Shown in pieces: positions 45,621-56,827 of a DNA stretch of 64,000 nucleotides. The notes beneath the pieces were generated by a model, which did not search any database, was not told where the DNA came from, and was given only the letters and a program-made list of their open reading frames with translations. This stretch comes from Azolla caroliniana (lineage: Eukaryota > Plantae > Polypodiophyta), in assembly GCA_043228905.1 (NCBI GenBank), contig JBHGNT010000017.1, positions 8,866,001 through 8,930,000 on the forward strand, written 5' to 3'. Positions within the stretch are counted from its first letter, which is position 1. The number at the start of each line of letters is the position of its first letter. The translations under genes were made by a program, and so were the position numbers.

Positions 45621-48600
45621 ATAGTGTCATGATATGGCAAGACTCGAACCCATGACCTTATGCTACATGGGTCGAGCTCTTACCATTAGACAATGAATTG
45701 CAATACATAGGATATTATTTTCATTTATGTTTTATCATAGAAAATTGATGCATATTCCATATCTCTCTTGAACATTCTAGAAGCTTCAGGATTATTGCTG
45801 AGAACATTATAAAAGAGGGCACTAGGCATTATGTTGAACCAAATTGGTTCAACGCCAGTCTTAAGCCTTTTAGCCACCATTGTATATTCTCTTCACATAA
45901 TACATATTTTTCTTATCATCACTCTCTCCCTCTCTCGATCTCTCTCTTTCTCTCCGTCTCGCTCACTTCTTCCTTCTCTCAAAGAAGTTCTACACCTCTC
46001 ATAGTACTAATCCTTCGTTTAGTACTAATTCCTTCTCTGTCTTAGTATTGTTCCTGACAATCGTTGCTAATATAGTGTATGTTGTTTCTCGTATTTGAAG
46101 GTGTGTATTTTGTGGCCTTGGATTCAAGTTTGAGGCCATGGATGCTATCATTACACCATGCTTGCACACATATCATTGTTTATGCGCCAAGTACCATTTT
46201 GAGAAAGAAAATATATGTTTACACTGTAAAAGTACAATTGGCGTTGAATGGTACTTAACTTGGGGTTTGAAAGCACATTCCTATGGTATGTAATTAAGAA
46301 CATATGTAGTTTTTATACTATGCTTTTATAATTTTAACATTTGGTTCTGGTCTTATACCCATGAGTATTGTTCCTTGGTGATCATTTTTACATGATTCAA
46401 TACTAACATTACTGATTACATTGTATTCCTTGGTGATCAATTGACAATGTGAATCTTATTTAGTATTGAGGATCTAAAATGTTTAGTTGTATAACTTGCA
46501 TGTGCACTAACATTATTCATTACATTGTATTTTCTGTGTCCACTTGGCTTAGGCTCTACATGATCGAAAAAATAGGCATGAAGGTCTAGGTTTTTTAGTA
46601 CTAACATTGTTCATTGCATGTCCAGGTGGTTGTGTAATGTGCCCTCAAGTTCCTTGTTGGAGGATTCAGTACTAACATTACTAATTACATTGTATTCCTT
46701 GGTGATCAGTTGATCCAGTACTGATTATTTAGTACTGAATGTCTTAATTGATTTGTTGTATAACTTGTATAAGTACTAACATTGTCCATTACATTGTACG
46801 TTTTGTGTCCAAGTGGTTCAATACTGTTCTCTCAAGTTCCTTGATTGATGTTTTAGTACTAACTTACTGATTACATTGTATCCTTTGGTGCTGAGTTGAT
46901 TCAGTACTGAACGTCTTAAATGTTTAGTTGTATCACTTGTATGTGTACTAACAAATAGGAGAACCGAACAAACCAAACAAATAGGCATGCAAGTCTTTTG
47001 TTTAGTACCGAACAAATATCGACAACATGTCCAGATGGTTCTATATTGTGTCCTCAAGTTCCTCTTTGTTGTTTTAGTACTAATATTACTATTACATGCA
47101 TATTCCTTGGTGATCAGTTGGAACAAGACTGATTTTGTAGTGCTGAAGGTCTTAAATGTGCACTTGATTTAGTACTGATAATATTTGTAACATTGTTGTC
47201 ATGTTAGAACTAATGTACAATTATAATATGAATGTTGTAGTATCAAGCAACACCACACCAGGGAAGGTAACTGACCAACCAGCCCCCGCGCTACTCTTGC
47301 AAATTACAAAGTCCATGGTTATTCCTTAGTGGTAACTAAGGAAATTTATGATGAAGATGAGTGTATGAGAAAGGCCATTGGAATAGTTGAAGACGTGTTG
47401 CTTCAAATAAATTCTCCTAGCTCGGCTCCCCTTGACTGTGTGAACGGTAATGCTAATTTTGTGTGAACTTTTAATAATGCATTGTTGCTATACTTCTAAT
47501 TTCTTATGTTTCTTTCAAAGAGCCTACGAAGAAGCGTAATGCTACAAGGAAATTGTATGGAAAGGGGAAGAAATGCAAAGTTCATTGTAGTGGTGGGTCA
47601 TACAAATTCTCACAAACTTTGAAAGCTGTAAAGTTAATGAGTTAGACTAAGACCACGTGCTTTTGTTGTTAGACAAAGAAGAAACAATTAAAGAAAATGG
47701 AGATACCGATTCAGAGCCACAACATGAAGAAGAATTTATCATCCTCGCAGGTACATGTTGTGAACCCTCTTATATAATAGTTATTTTGACCATATCACCC
47801 AAGTGACAATAATGGTTTTGGTCTATTAATATATAGAAAGTGATGTAAAATCTTGGCATGATTCAGAGCCCCAACTTGAGACTGGTACCATCCCAAGCAA
47901 TAATGACAAGGGTGATACCAATGCAAACCAGGTATTGTAGCACATGACAAACACAATCATCTGCAAAGACTCATCTTCAAAAGTCTTGGATGGAGATGTA
48001 ACAGTAGGTAAACGATTGTCCCTTAATCTAGTATGTTAATTGATATGGCTAGGTTCCTTAACTTTGTAAGAATGTGAATTGATATTGTTCTTGTTATTTA
48101 GGAATAGAAGAACATGGAGATTCCCAAATAGCATCAGATGATTCGGTAGTCTACGGAGCAATCTTGATTTTTCAGACTCAGATAGCACCACACATGAGGA
48201 ATGTGAAATCACCCAAGAAGAGGAGCTGAAGAACTTTGACAGTACCGTAAACATGGGGCAAGACTATATCATTAAGGAGATTGTAGCTACCACCCAAGAA
48301 GAGGAACAAGGTGGTACTACGAATTACATGTCTTACCAAAACACCGCAAGTAGCCTGCACTTGGAACAAGACTGTACAAAGAACTAGGCATCTAGCTTCA
48401 ACCACAAGGAGTTTGCAATGAAGATGGCAACCACCCAAGAAGAGGAACATGTTTGTACTACGAATACCGTGTTACTGCAGAACACCGATTCTACCCATGA
48501 AGAGCAGATTAATGCTAATACTATCGACAAGATCTTCTTGGAAGTGTGTGCGTCTCAGGCAGTTGTAGTAGAGCACAAGGTTCCCTCAAGCTTGCCCCCC

Positions 48601-49416
48601 CCCCTCCGATGATGAACTGCCACTCAGTAGTCTACTACCTCGTGGCTTTACGATGAAGAAGAAGAAGGGTGTGAAATCTGAGAAGAGTGTAACAAAAAAT
48701 AGGCGCATTACAAGATCTAGAAAAAACTAAAAACAAAGTTGTTTGTATTTAGATCGTTGTTTGTAATTGATTACCATATGAGCAAGTTTTTGATTAACTG
48801 CTTCTTGACACTGTTTTGGTTTACTTATCCTGAATTTGAACTTGATACTATTTGAGTACTCATCTTAGTGACTAATTTAGTACCAACTTGATATGAAATG
48901 TACTAACTTTGATACATCTATTTGTAAGAATGTGAATTTATTTGAGGTTTCATCTTAGGAAGAATGTCACTTGTTATGCACACATATGACATTGACGCTT
49001 GTTATGGACACATATGACACTCCTGTCTTGGATATGTCTAGGTTAGTAAACACTTAGCACAATATTAGTACTATATTTTAATGCATATGAACATGGTATG
49101 TATACTTGAACGAACCATTGTATTAGTACTAGCAATTAACATGTTCAATCTGTTCCCTCATCTAGTCAACCACACCCTCATGAGTGTACCACACACTAGA
49201 AACATGTGTGGAATGAACACAGTTTTAGTACTAACCAAAGATATTATTCACCATAAATTGTATGTAAAAGATACATACATATCTAAACAAAACACCAAGA
49301 TTAAGAGATGTGTCATTGCAAACTCATAAGAAAACCAAAGATGATATATTTCCATTCATTTGTAGGCCAGAGTTTAGAAGACATGCGAATGTTACATATG
49401 AACAGTGCTTGCCATC

Positions 49417-52400
49417 CTAAGAATTAAAGAGGGAGACCTCCCCCAATATTTGTTCGTGAACCTCTTTGGGGACCTTGTAGACAGTGTTATATCCCTTAAC
49501 CTTGTGCTTTGCTTGACTCATAGTGAACTTGATTGCGATGACAACGTCAGGATAGATTATTGCAGTGGGTGCATCTTTTAATAATGCATACGTGTTCTTG
49601 CATTGTGGTAACTTTGCATAGTAGTTTCCATACACGACACACTCACCCACGTTGAACATGTTGCCCCAACCGTCCCTCACGACTTCTTCCAATATTGTAT
49701 TTCCTTGCTTGCACACCACAATGTAGTAGTCTTCAAAATCTTCATTTTGAGGAGATTTGAGCATTGCAAAATGATCCCCAACATCCAATAATACTGCCAA
49801 GTCCTCACATTGGTTGTAGTATACAATATTTTCTACATGTTCGTCTTCTTGGATATCCACACATTGTTCAATCTCAAGCTTCTGTAGCTTCCATGGCTCC
49901 ACAATTGATAGATTGGTGCATTCATCCCAAGCTTCATTTAAACACATGGAACAAAAGCACGATAAACTACAGAATAACAATTGTGTTATGTCCCTGTGAC
50001 TAAACCCTAAAACACAATGGGTCTTGCGCGTCCCTTTCACAATTTTACAACCATACGATTAACTCCTATCCACCTCATTAGCACCAACCTCAATAAACAA
50101 TCTATTCTTACCATCATCTGACATCTTCCATGTCAGCCACTCCACAACATCATGTGCATTTTGTAACTTCGCACCTTTATTATCCAAATGTTCACTTGTA
50201 AGAGCATGATTGATCATAGCCCCCGCACCATCGTGCTCTCCTTTTCCATGTCCAGACCCGAAGTAGTTCCATTGCATCTGAATGTTTGTCAATGAGAAGT
50301 ATCTGGGTGTTTTGCATGACAGTTAGCCAACAAACAGAGTTAGTGCATTACTGGAGCGTACATCTCTTAACATGCTTAAACCAAAATTTCCACTAATGCA
50401 TGAGAGAGGACAGTACTAAGTTATAAATTAAAAGAAATGAATGAGCGAGGATAGTACTAAGCTATTGATTAGTACTAATGCATGAGAGAGGACAATCCTA
50501 AGTTATAACTTGGTCTTAATGAACAAAGTTGGATAGTACTAAGTTAATAATTAGTAGTATTGAACATAGTTGGATAGTTCTCATGCTATTAATTAGTACT
50601 AATGTTTGTACTAATGGGCCATGACAATCATAAGTTATAAACTTGTAAACCATATTCGTACTGGTAGGAAACTCAAGCAATAGATGATTTACTATGAAGT
50701 ATTACCGAAATAGACTTCCAGTTATAAGTACCAATCATATGGATTATTTCTTTACCTTGCAATGAAGTAGAAGGACGGAGCCGCCTTAAATTGCGAGGCA
50801 GCACCATCAAACCAGACCCAATGGCGATAAAAGTTAACACCCAAGGACAATAAATCTGTGTGGTGAAGCTTAAAACAATGTTGAACAAATAGCGTATCAT
50901 GCTTTTTATCATCTGAAATATAGAATATTGATTTCTTATGTAACTCACCATCTTTTCTCTAGTAGCGAATATGTACAAGTATTGTACATTGGTCATTGTA
51001 CCAATGCATTGACTGAACCTCATTTTGAACTTTAAAGGTATAGTTCACTGCAAAGTCAATAACAGATACCATAACATCCAGTGGTAAGTTATTTATACAT
51101 TCCTTGAACTGTGAATTTTGCCAATAATTCCTAAAGTTATGTGGAATGAACTCCCCGAGTTGCTTCTTAAACCCTTGAGACAAGGGTAGCAGCACATGTC
51201 TCCTTATATACTTCCTCGATACGCTTACTAACGAGACCCTTACCTATATTTTCTGTCATATACTCTAAATATTTCCATTTCACAATATGACAATTATCCA
51301 CGTCAACCTTCTATCTACAAAATAACGGTTGTGGGCAAACCTTACATGTTCTGACAAGACATGTACGATTATGCCACTCAGATGATGGTTGTTTTTCACA
51401 AACAAAAGACCTCCATAACTCACAAAATGTTGCATAAGTCATATTCCGCGCATTACATCTATTACCACTCCCATTTGGTCTACATACCTCACAAGTGCAA
51501 ACACACCCATTTCCGTGTATACCCTTAGAATCAATACGCATACTATTCACGCCAAGCCTTAACATGTCCATTTTAATGTGGTACACACAACAACATGTGT
51601 TCCTCTCCTTTACCTTTCTAACAAAAAATGGTTTCAAACCTCGGAACTTGCGAAATCCAAGATTGATGCTAGGATGTTGGTCTTTGAAGTTCATGAACAA
51701 TTCAGCCGACATCACTCAATAAATAGGTAACATTAATAGAAGCATTTAGTAAACAACAAAATATTTAAAACCAAACCCTTAAGGGCAGCTCCGAGGGAGT
51801 TGAAAGACAACGATAGCCTTCATCCAACAATGGTCGTCCTCTCCCTTTCTTGAGTTCGTGGGCATCCACATAAGATGGAACTATCGCGTCCCTTCAGGGA
51901 TTTGTACATAATTGTCTCATTTGTAAAATTTTATAACTAATGGAAGGAGTTTCTTTTTTGGGAAATATGTATATATATATATATAACCAAATAGATAAAA
52001 AATTGAATTACCTTAGTCATCTCCAAGAAGTGTCTTGGGTGAATCTGGTACCTACCCCGACTTATACTTTGTCTATATACATCTTTTTTATTCGGTGAGA
52101 CACGTGTGTTTTTTGCCCAAAAGGAACCCACTTCCTCAATAATCTCATGAGACAATGCATCACATCGTCGCCGTCTACGGCCTAAACCCGAACCACTTAA
52201 ATTGATTTGATTGTATGTTTGTCCGATGCTTCCTCAAGTTCCTTCTTTGGATACCAAGTGTTAAGGCAACTTTAGTATCCCTATATTTTTTTTTTGTTGT
52301 GCCATTTACAACCATGTGAAGGGCCGCTCTCTTTTCACCAAGCTTATCTATGCTCTCTACCCCTTTCACTAAGTGTAGGGATAACTTCATACACTACAAT

Positions 52401-52643
52401 TTCCTCTGAAACACATTGGTCCCTAAACTTAATATTCTGCATGTCTTCATTCAAAAGTTGATGGTGCAACACTCTAGAGATAATATCCCTACGATCCTCC
52501 AAGCCAAATATCTCAATTACTTCTAGTAAATAACGGACTATGTGAAGAACCACCCGTCTCTTGCTCCTCTCAAACATTGATTTGCTAAGGGACACCTCGT
52601 TCTCCTCATCAATGACCATTGTCACTCTCATATATTCCAACAC
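49417..52643 (-). pseudogene. Sola2-like DDD/E transposase, spliced and decayed
   Basis: FWAKNTRVSP, FRGLKPFFV...RNTCCCVYH, VIDFAVNY, WFDGAASQFK (about 50790-50820), YFGSGHGKGEHDGAG, LSCFCSMC. Confidence 0.82.
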
Positions 52644-53596
52644 CTAATTTCTTGTTATTTCAGCACCTAATTAGTCAGAATAAGTGCTTAATACATCGTA
52701 AAATAAACATAGGTAATACCCCATAGCATAAACATCAACCGGAAATCAGATAAACATTTGAGAGTTTGTCACAGTCATATATTCCTTTTCCAAACCAATT
52801 AACTTTTAAGAATAATTGCATCAATTAACTTGTTGTTTGAAATACATAAGTTTTATGACTCACATGATGATGAGATGCATGCATACTATTTACATCATGA
52901 AGTCTTCTTAACTAGATTTTAAGACTACGATAAGTATAACCTAACTCATGTTATGCATGAGTTCATAACACAAACACTATTCATTTACTTTTTCCATCAA
53001 AAACGCCCCCATCAATGAAATTCAAATCCACTGATTCTTCAAACCATTTATCAAGCCTTATTAATATATTGGTATTCATGTTAAACGTTTCAACCCATAT
53101 AAAACCTTAACATGGATCAATTTAAGACTCCCATGAAGATTGCCGGAACATACAAACACAATTTATGTTTAACATTTTCCATGATGAATAACTTATGTCA
53201 ATTCAAACTGTATATTTTGCTGCTCCTGGTTGGTCATTTTACAAGCCTAGCCTGGATGTTGCTAATCCATTATATCATTAAAACATCCACAACGATCAGT
53301 AAAATATGCAGGTTCTAACCACTTGGCTAACAAGGCTGGTGTAAATATTTCAGATTCATGTTATCATGCCATGTTTACATTATTTTACGATTCCTATTCA
53401 ACATTAATCTTCATACGTGCCAATTTAAGATTGCTAGAGTATACATTCAATTAACAGTACTGTATAGAAATAACCACTTTTTACAGAAATAGGTCCAGAC
53501 ATACAGAGTGAAAGAGAAGATGGAGAAGACATTCCCATGGAAGGAGAAGATGGGGAAGACGAGTGACGCAAAGAACAACAAAACGACATTTCGAGT

Positions 53597-53690
53597 GCGC
53601 TGTGAAGACCTGAGTTGGAAGGCGGAAGACCAGAGCGCGCTGTGAAGACCTGAGTTGGAAGGCGGAAGACCAGAGCGCGCTGTGAAGACC
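53597..53690. repeat. 40-bp tandem repeat upstream of the transposase
   Basis: GCGCTGTGAAGACC recurs at 53597, 53637 and 53677. Confidence 0.85.
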
Positions 53691-54630
53691 TACGTTGTCT
53701 CAATTGGAAGGCGGAAGAGGAGACGCCTGGGAGAAGCGCCAAAAGGATTTAATGTGGCGTCCTAAATTAAACGTGAGGGAGAAATAGCCCCCAAAACAGT
53801 CCTGAATACGCAGCAACTGTCCCCCCACCCATTCCCTAACTTTAATGCAACGTACAACACTCCCTAAAAAGATTTTAATTATTTTCGAGTTTTTTTAAAT
53901 CACTCAGTACTAACAGTACTCGTGTTTCTTTTGGCCAAAAACAGTACTTTTTTGGTACACCGTAGCGTGCTTCAACCCAATAATCAGTTAGGTGTATAAA
54001 TCATTAAGCATGCCTTAACGTATGAAACCCTAAGGTAGTCAACATGCACCTCCTCAAGACCACCACATCTCCCAAGAATCGGCCAATTGACGACTCAATA
54101 AAGAGTAACGTGGCATAGGTAAGCGACATATACCTTGTCATGGCCACAACATCCCATAGACTCGGCCAAGTGATGGCACAACAGAGGGAAGAGTGGCCTA
54201 CTCAACATCGTATACAAAAGGGCCATGAGGTGAGCGTGTGCGATTAGGGTAAACACGCTCGACCCAATGCACAACAATAATTAATATCGTAATAGAAGGC
54301 TCAAAAGAAGGGAGAGTGGGATATACATCGCAATATGCAAAAGGGCCATGAGTTGAGCGTGTGTGATTAGTGCAAACACGCTCGACCTGATGCATAAGTA
54401 GATTAACATCGTATGATGGTAGAAAGAAGAAAGAAAAGAAAAGAAAACGTAATACCACTTCCATATGACCAAGAAGAAAGCATCGTAGAAAAGAAAAGAG
54501 AGATCGAGAAAGAAGAATACCGGGTTAAGAATGTTGGTTTGATCCTGTGAAGAGCACGACGAGCCTTGTTAGATCCCCATCACTCATAGGCAAAAAACAT
54601 CAAAAAAAAAATAAAAATTTATTAGTAAAT

Positions 54631-54642
54631 GCTCTGATACCA
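54631..54642 (-). promoter_or_regulatory. C1 primer-binding site, tRNA-iMet
   Basis: GCTCTGATACCA on the + strand, 1 nt from the LTR. Confidence 0.95.
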
Positions 54643-54783
54643 CTGTTAAGAGTCTATTACTAATCAATAAACCAAACTAAAGTAAAAGAAGGAAAATAGA
54701 ATGGATAGAAGAACCCGTTCCACCAGACCACCGTTGAGCTATGATCTAGACATAGCCAACCAACCACCGACGTCCCATACCGC

Positions 54784-56069
54784 TGTCGTGTGAATCTTCT
54801 CACACTATGTAAAAAATAATAAAATAAGTACTTTATATTAGCTTAATGGCATATTATAGAAAGATAGATGTTTGAGAAAATAGGGAAAATAGAACTATTA
54901 TTTATCCCACATAGATAGGAAACTTAAGGCCTAGGCTATATAAGCACCTTGAGCTCCCTCATTTTTCATTTGTGCTAAGAGCACTTTGGCCACTTTGTCT
55001 TGATGGATGATGGTGGCCAAGTTCCCAAAATTCGGAAACCGGCTGGTAAGCAAAATCGGAACCGGAACCGGCAAGCAAACTGGAATTGGAACCGGCAAGC
55101 AAACCGGAATCGGAATCTGCCGGCAAGCAAAACTAGAACCGACCGACAAGCAAAATCGGAAACCAGCTAGCAAGCAAATCCGGAAATCGGCCGGTAAGCA
55201 AATCCGGAACCGGCTGGCAAGCAAAACCGGAACTTGGCCGGTAAGCAAAACCGGAACCAGCCGATAAGCAAAACTCGAACCGGCAAGCAAACCGAAACTG
55301 ACCGGCAAGCAAAACCGGAACTGGCAAGCAAACCGGAACCGGCCGGCGAGGGATTCGGTGATCGGGCAGAACTGGCTACCGGACGAGGTTGGACGCGGAC
55401 GAACGGAAGATTGGATCATGCAACAAACTAAAGTAAAGGCCATGTGGACGCAAGCAACTAAAGTTGGAGTGCATGAAAAAAGTAAAGGTCATGTGGACGG
55501 TCGCATGCAACTAAAAGAAAAAGCCATGCAACTAAAAGAAAAAGCTAAGCAACTAAAAGTAGAGGCCATGCAACAAAAAGTGGAAAGGCTATGATCAAGG
55601 GAGAACTCCATATATATTCCATTTTTCTTCCTACACTCATGCTCTCTCCATATTATATTTTTTTTCTTTTCCTTCTTAAATCCCCTATCTTATCGAAGCC
55701 ATATCTCTCAAGTAAACCCTAATTTCCTTACGGAAGCCATATCTTACTCATAACCCTAAATTTCCATACGGAAGCTATTCAACTCATAAAACCATAATCT
55801 CTTATCAAAGCCAAAAACCCTAAATTTCTATTGAATTCATATCTTAATTGCCTCTAATCTATTATTCTAGGAATCTCCATAAGCTAAACTTTTTGAATCC
55901 CAATCTTGGGATTAATTGTAATCTTTCTTTCTACTTGTTAATGAAATTTGTTAATCTTTCTCATTTCGGTTAATTCTTAGTACATAAATACACGAATTTG
56001 ATATCCTCTAGTCAAAGGCCCCGGGGTCTTGCCTCAACGTTCACGTATCCTCGTCGTATTTTCGCGACA
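54784..56069. mobile_element. Solo LTR of the TGTCG family (1286 bp) inside the C1 5' LTR
   Basis: Termini TGTCGTG / CGCGACA. Exact 4-bp TSD CCGC at 54780-54783 and 56070-56073. Absent from the sister LTR. AACCGG/CAAGCAAA array at about 55030-55345. Confidence 0.92.
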
Positions 56070-56680
56070 CCGCCGGACATTAGGATGACTAATACCTTGG
56101 AAGAGATAAACACAATCGTCGAGACGAAAGCCTAGCCCGCACCACGGGTGTCTAAGACAACAGCCTTCCGACGTAATGTCATTATGAGGGTAGCTAAGCC
56201 TCATATTTATATCTTTTCCTAGGCCCCTTGAATAGATGTGCCTTTCTAAAAGGCTCTCCATTCATTGGTTATCCAAATCATAATAGTGCATGCATCTATC
56301 ATTCCTTCTATCCAATCATTAGTCCCCTTTTGAACATTAGTGAACATACCCTTCACTAATGTAAATATTGATGACATACCCTCACCAACGTTATGTGTAC
56401 ATAACAATGGACTCCGCTTCCTGCAGACTGCTCAGACTACTTCCTTCGTCCGGGTGGTGGTTCTGTTGCAATCGGAGTAACTCCCTATGATCCATTGAAT
56501 CACTCTAGAAAAATACTGATCCGACCGAATCTCCTCCGCCGCCTGCTGGTAAGCCTCCCGCTTCCGCAGTCTCTCGGCGAGTCTTCGTGCTCGCTCGGCC
56601 ACTGGGTCCTTCGTTGGTCTATGCATCCATTCCTCTGTTGTTCACTGGACTTTTTGCACGAATCGTGGTCACCAAAACTG

Positions 56681-56827
56681 TGTTGTCACCAAGCTGGACA
56701 AGCCGCTAACACAGGGTGTCCCTTTGGAACACTTCACCATATGGGTGCTACAGTACGGAATGTGCAAACCGTGATACAGGACCAATCCTTGCCTGTTACT
56801 ATCTGGAATGGTTAACTTGATACACGC
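56681..56827 (-). repeat. Inner part of the P1 5' LTR, cut by element B
   Basis: TGTTGTCACCAAGCTGGACAAGCCGC...TACACGC resembles the P2 LTR and sits next to a PBS. Confidence 0.8.

Larger units (their letters stand above)
39652..46059 (+). mobile_element. C2: Tcn1-like chromovirus inserted in an intron of the accessory gene
   Basis: LTRs 39652-40088 and 45625-46059 (TGTCA...TGACA). TSD ATCGT at 39647-39651 and 46060-46064. PPT AAAGGGGGAGA at 45611-45621. Confidence 0.95.
38580..48730 (+). pseudogene. Spliced accessory gene of the DNA transposon: coiled coil, RING-H2 finger, acidic tail with a basic end
   Basis: An exon ending at 39598 (AG|GT) joins exon 46101-46285 in frame: CVFC-x15-CLHTYHCLC-x10-CLHC. 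Further GT-AG exons start near 47241, 47521, 47672, 47838 and 48102. Contains premature stops. Confidence 0.72.
37305..53978. mobile_element. Sola2-like cut-and-paste DNA transposon (about 10.3 kb without nested C2), inserted in the C1 leader
   Basis: Imperfect TIRs GGGTCAAAGCACACTATGGTGTACCAA (left) and GGGTTGAAGCACGCTACGGTGTACCAA (right, reverse complement), with subterminal TTTTGGCCAAAA. 4-bp TSD AATA at 37301-37304 and 53979-53982. GRG termini with a 4-bp TSD fit Sola2 (recalled). Confidence 0.8.
31585..56406 (-). mobile_element. C1: chromovirus-type Ty3/Gypsy element (Tekay/Reina-like), decayed
   Basis: LTRs 31585-32057 and 54644-56406 (473 bp after removing a nested solo LTR). TSD ATGGA at 31580-31584 and 56407-56411. 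PBS-Met at 54631-54642. PPT GAAGTAGGGGAG next to 32058. Confidence 0.93.
1..56827 (-). mobile_element. P1: old degenerate non-chromovirus Ty3/Gypsy element (Phygy/Selgy-like), host of all other insertions. Surviving pieces are 1-2002, 8685-13881, 30956-31584 and 56412-56827.
   Basis: Pieces are collinear with the intact relative P2 (extra ORF, IN, RH, RT, PR, gag, PBS, LTR). They are joined across insertions by TSDs CTCCT and ATGGA. The 3' LTR lies left of the window. Confidence 0.85.

Noticed and set aside
46101-46285. Host RING E3 ligase gene
   Set aside because: It lies between transposon TIRs, nested inside two retroelements, and neighbouring exons carry stops. Treated as TE cargo.
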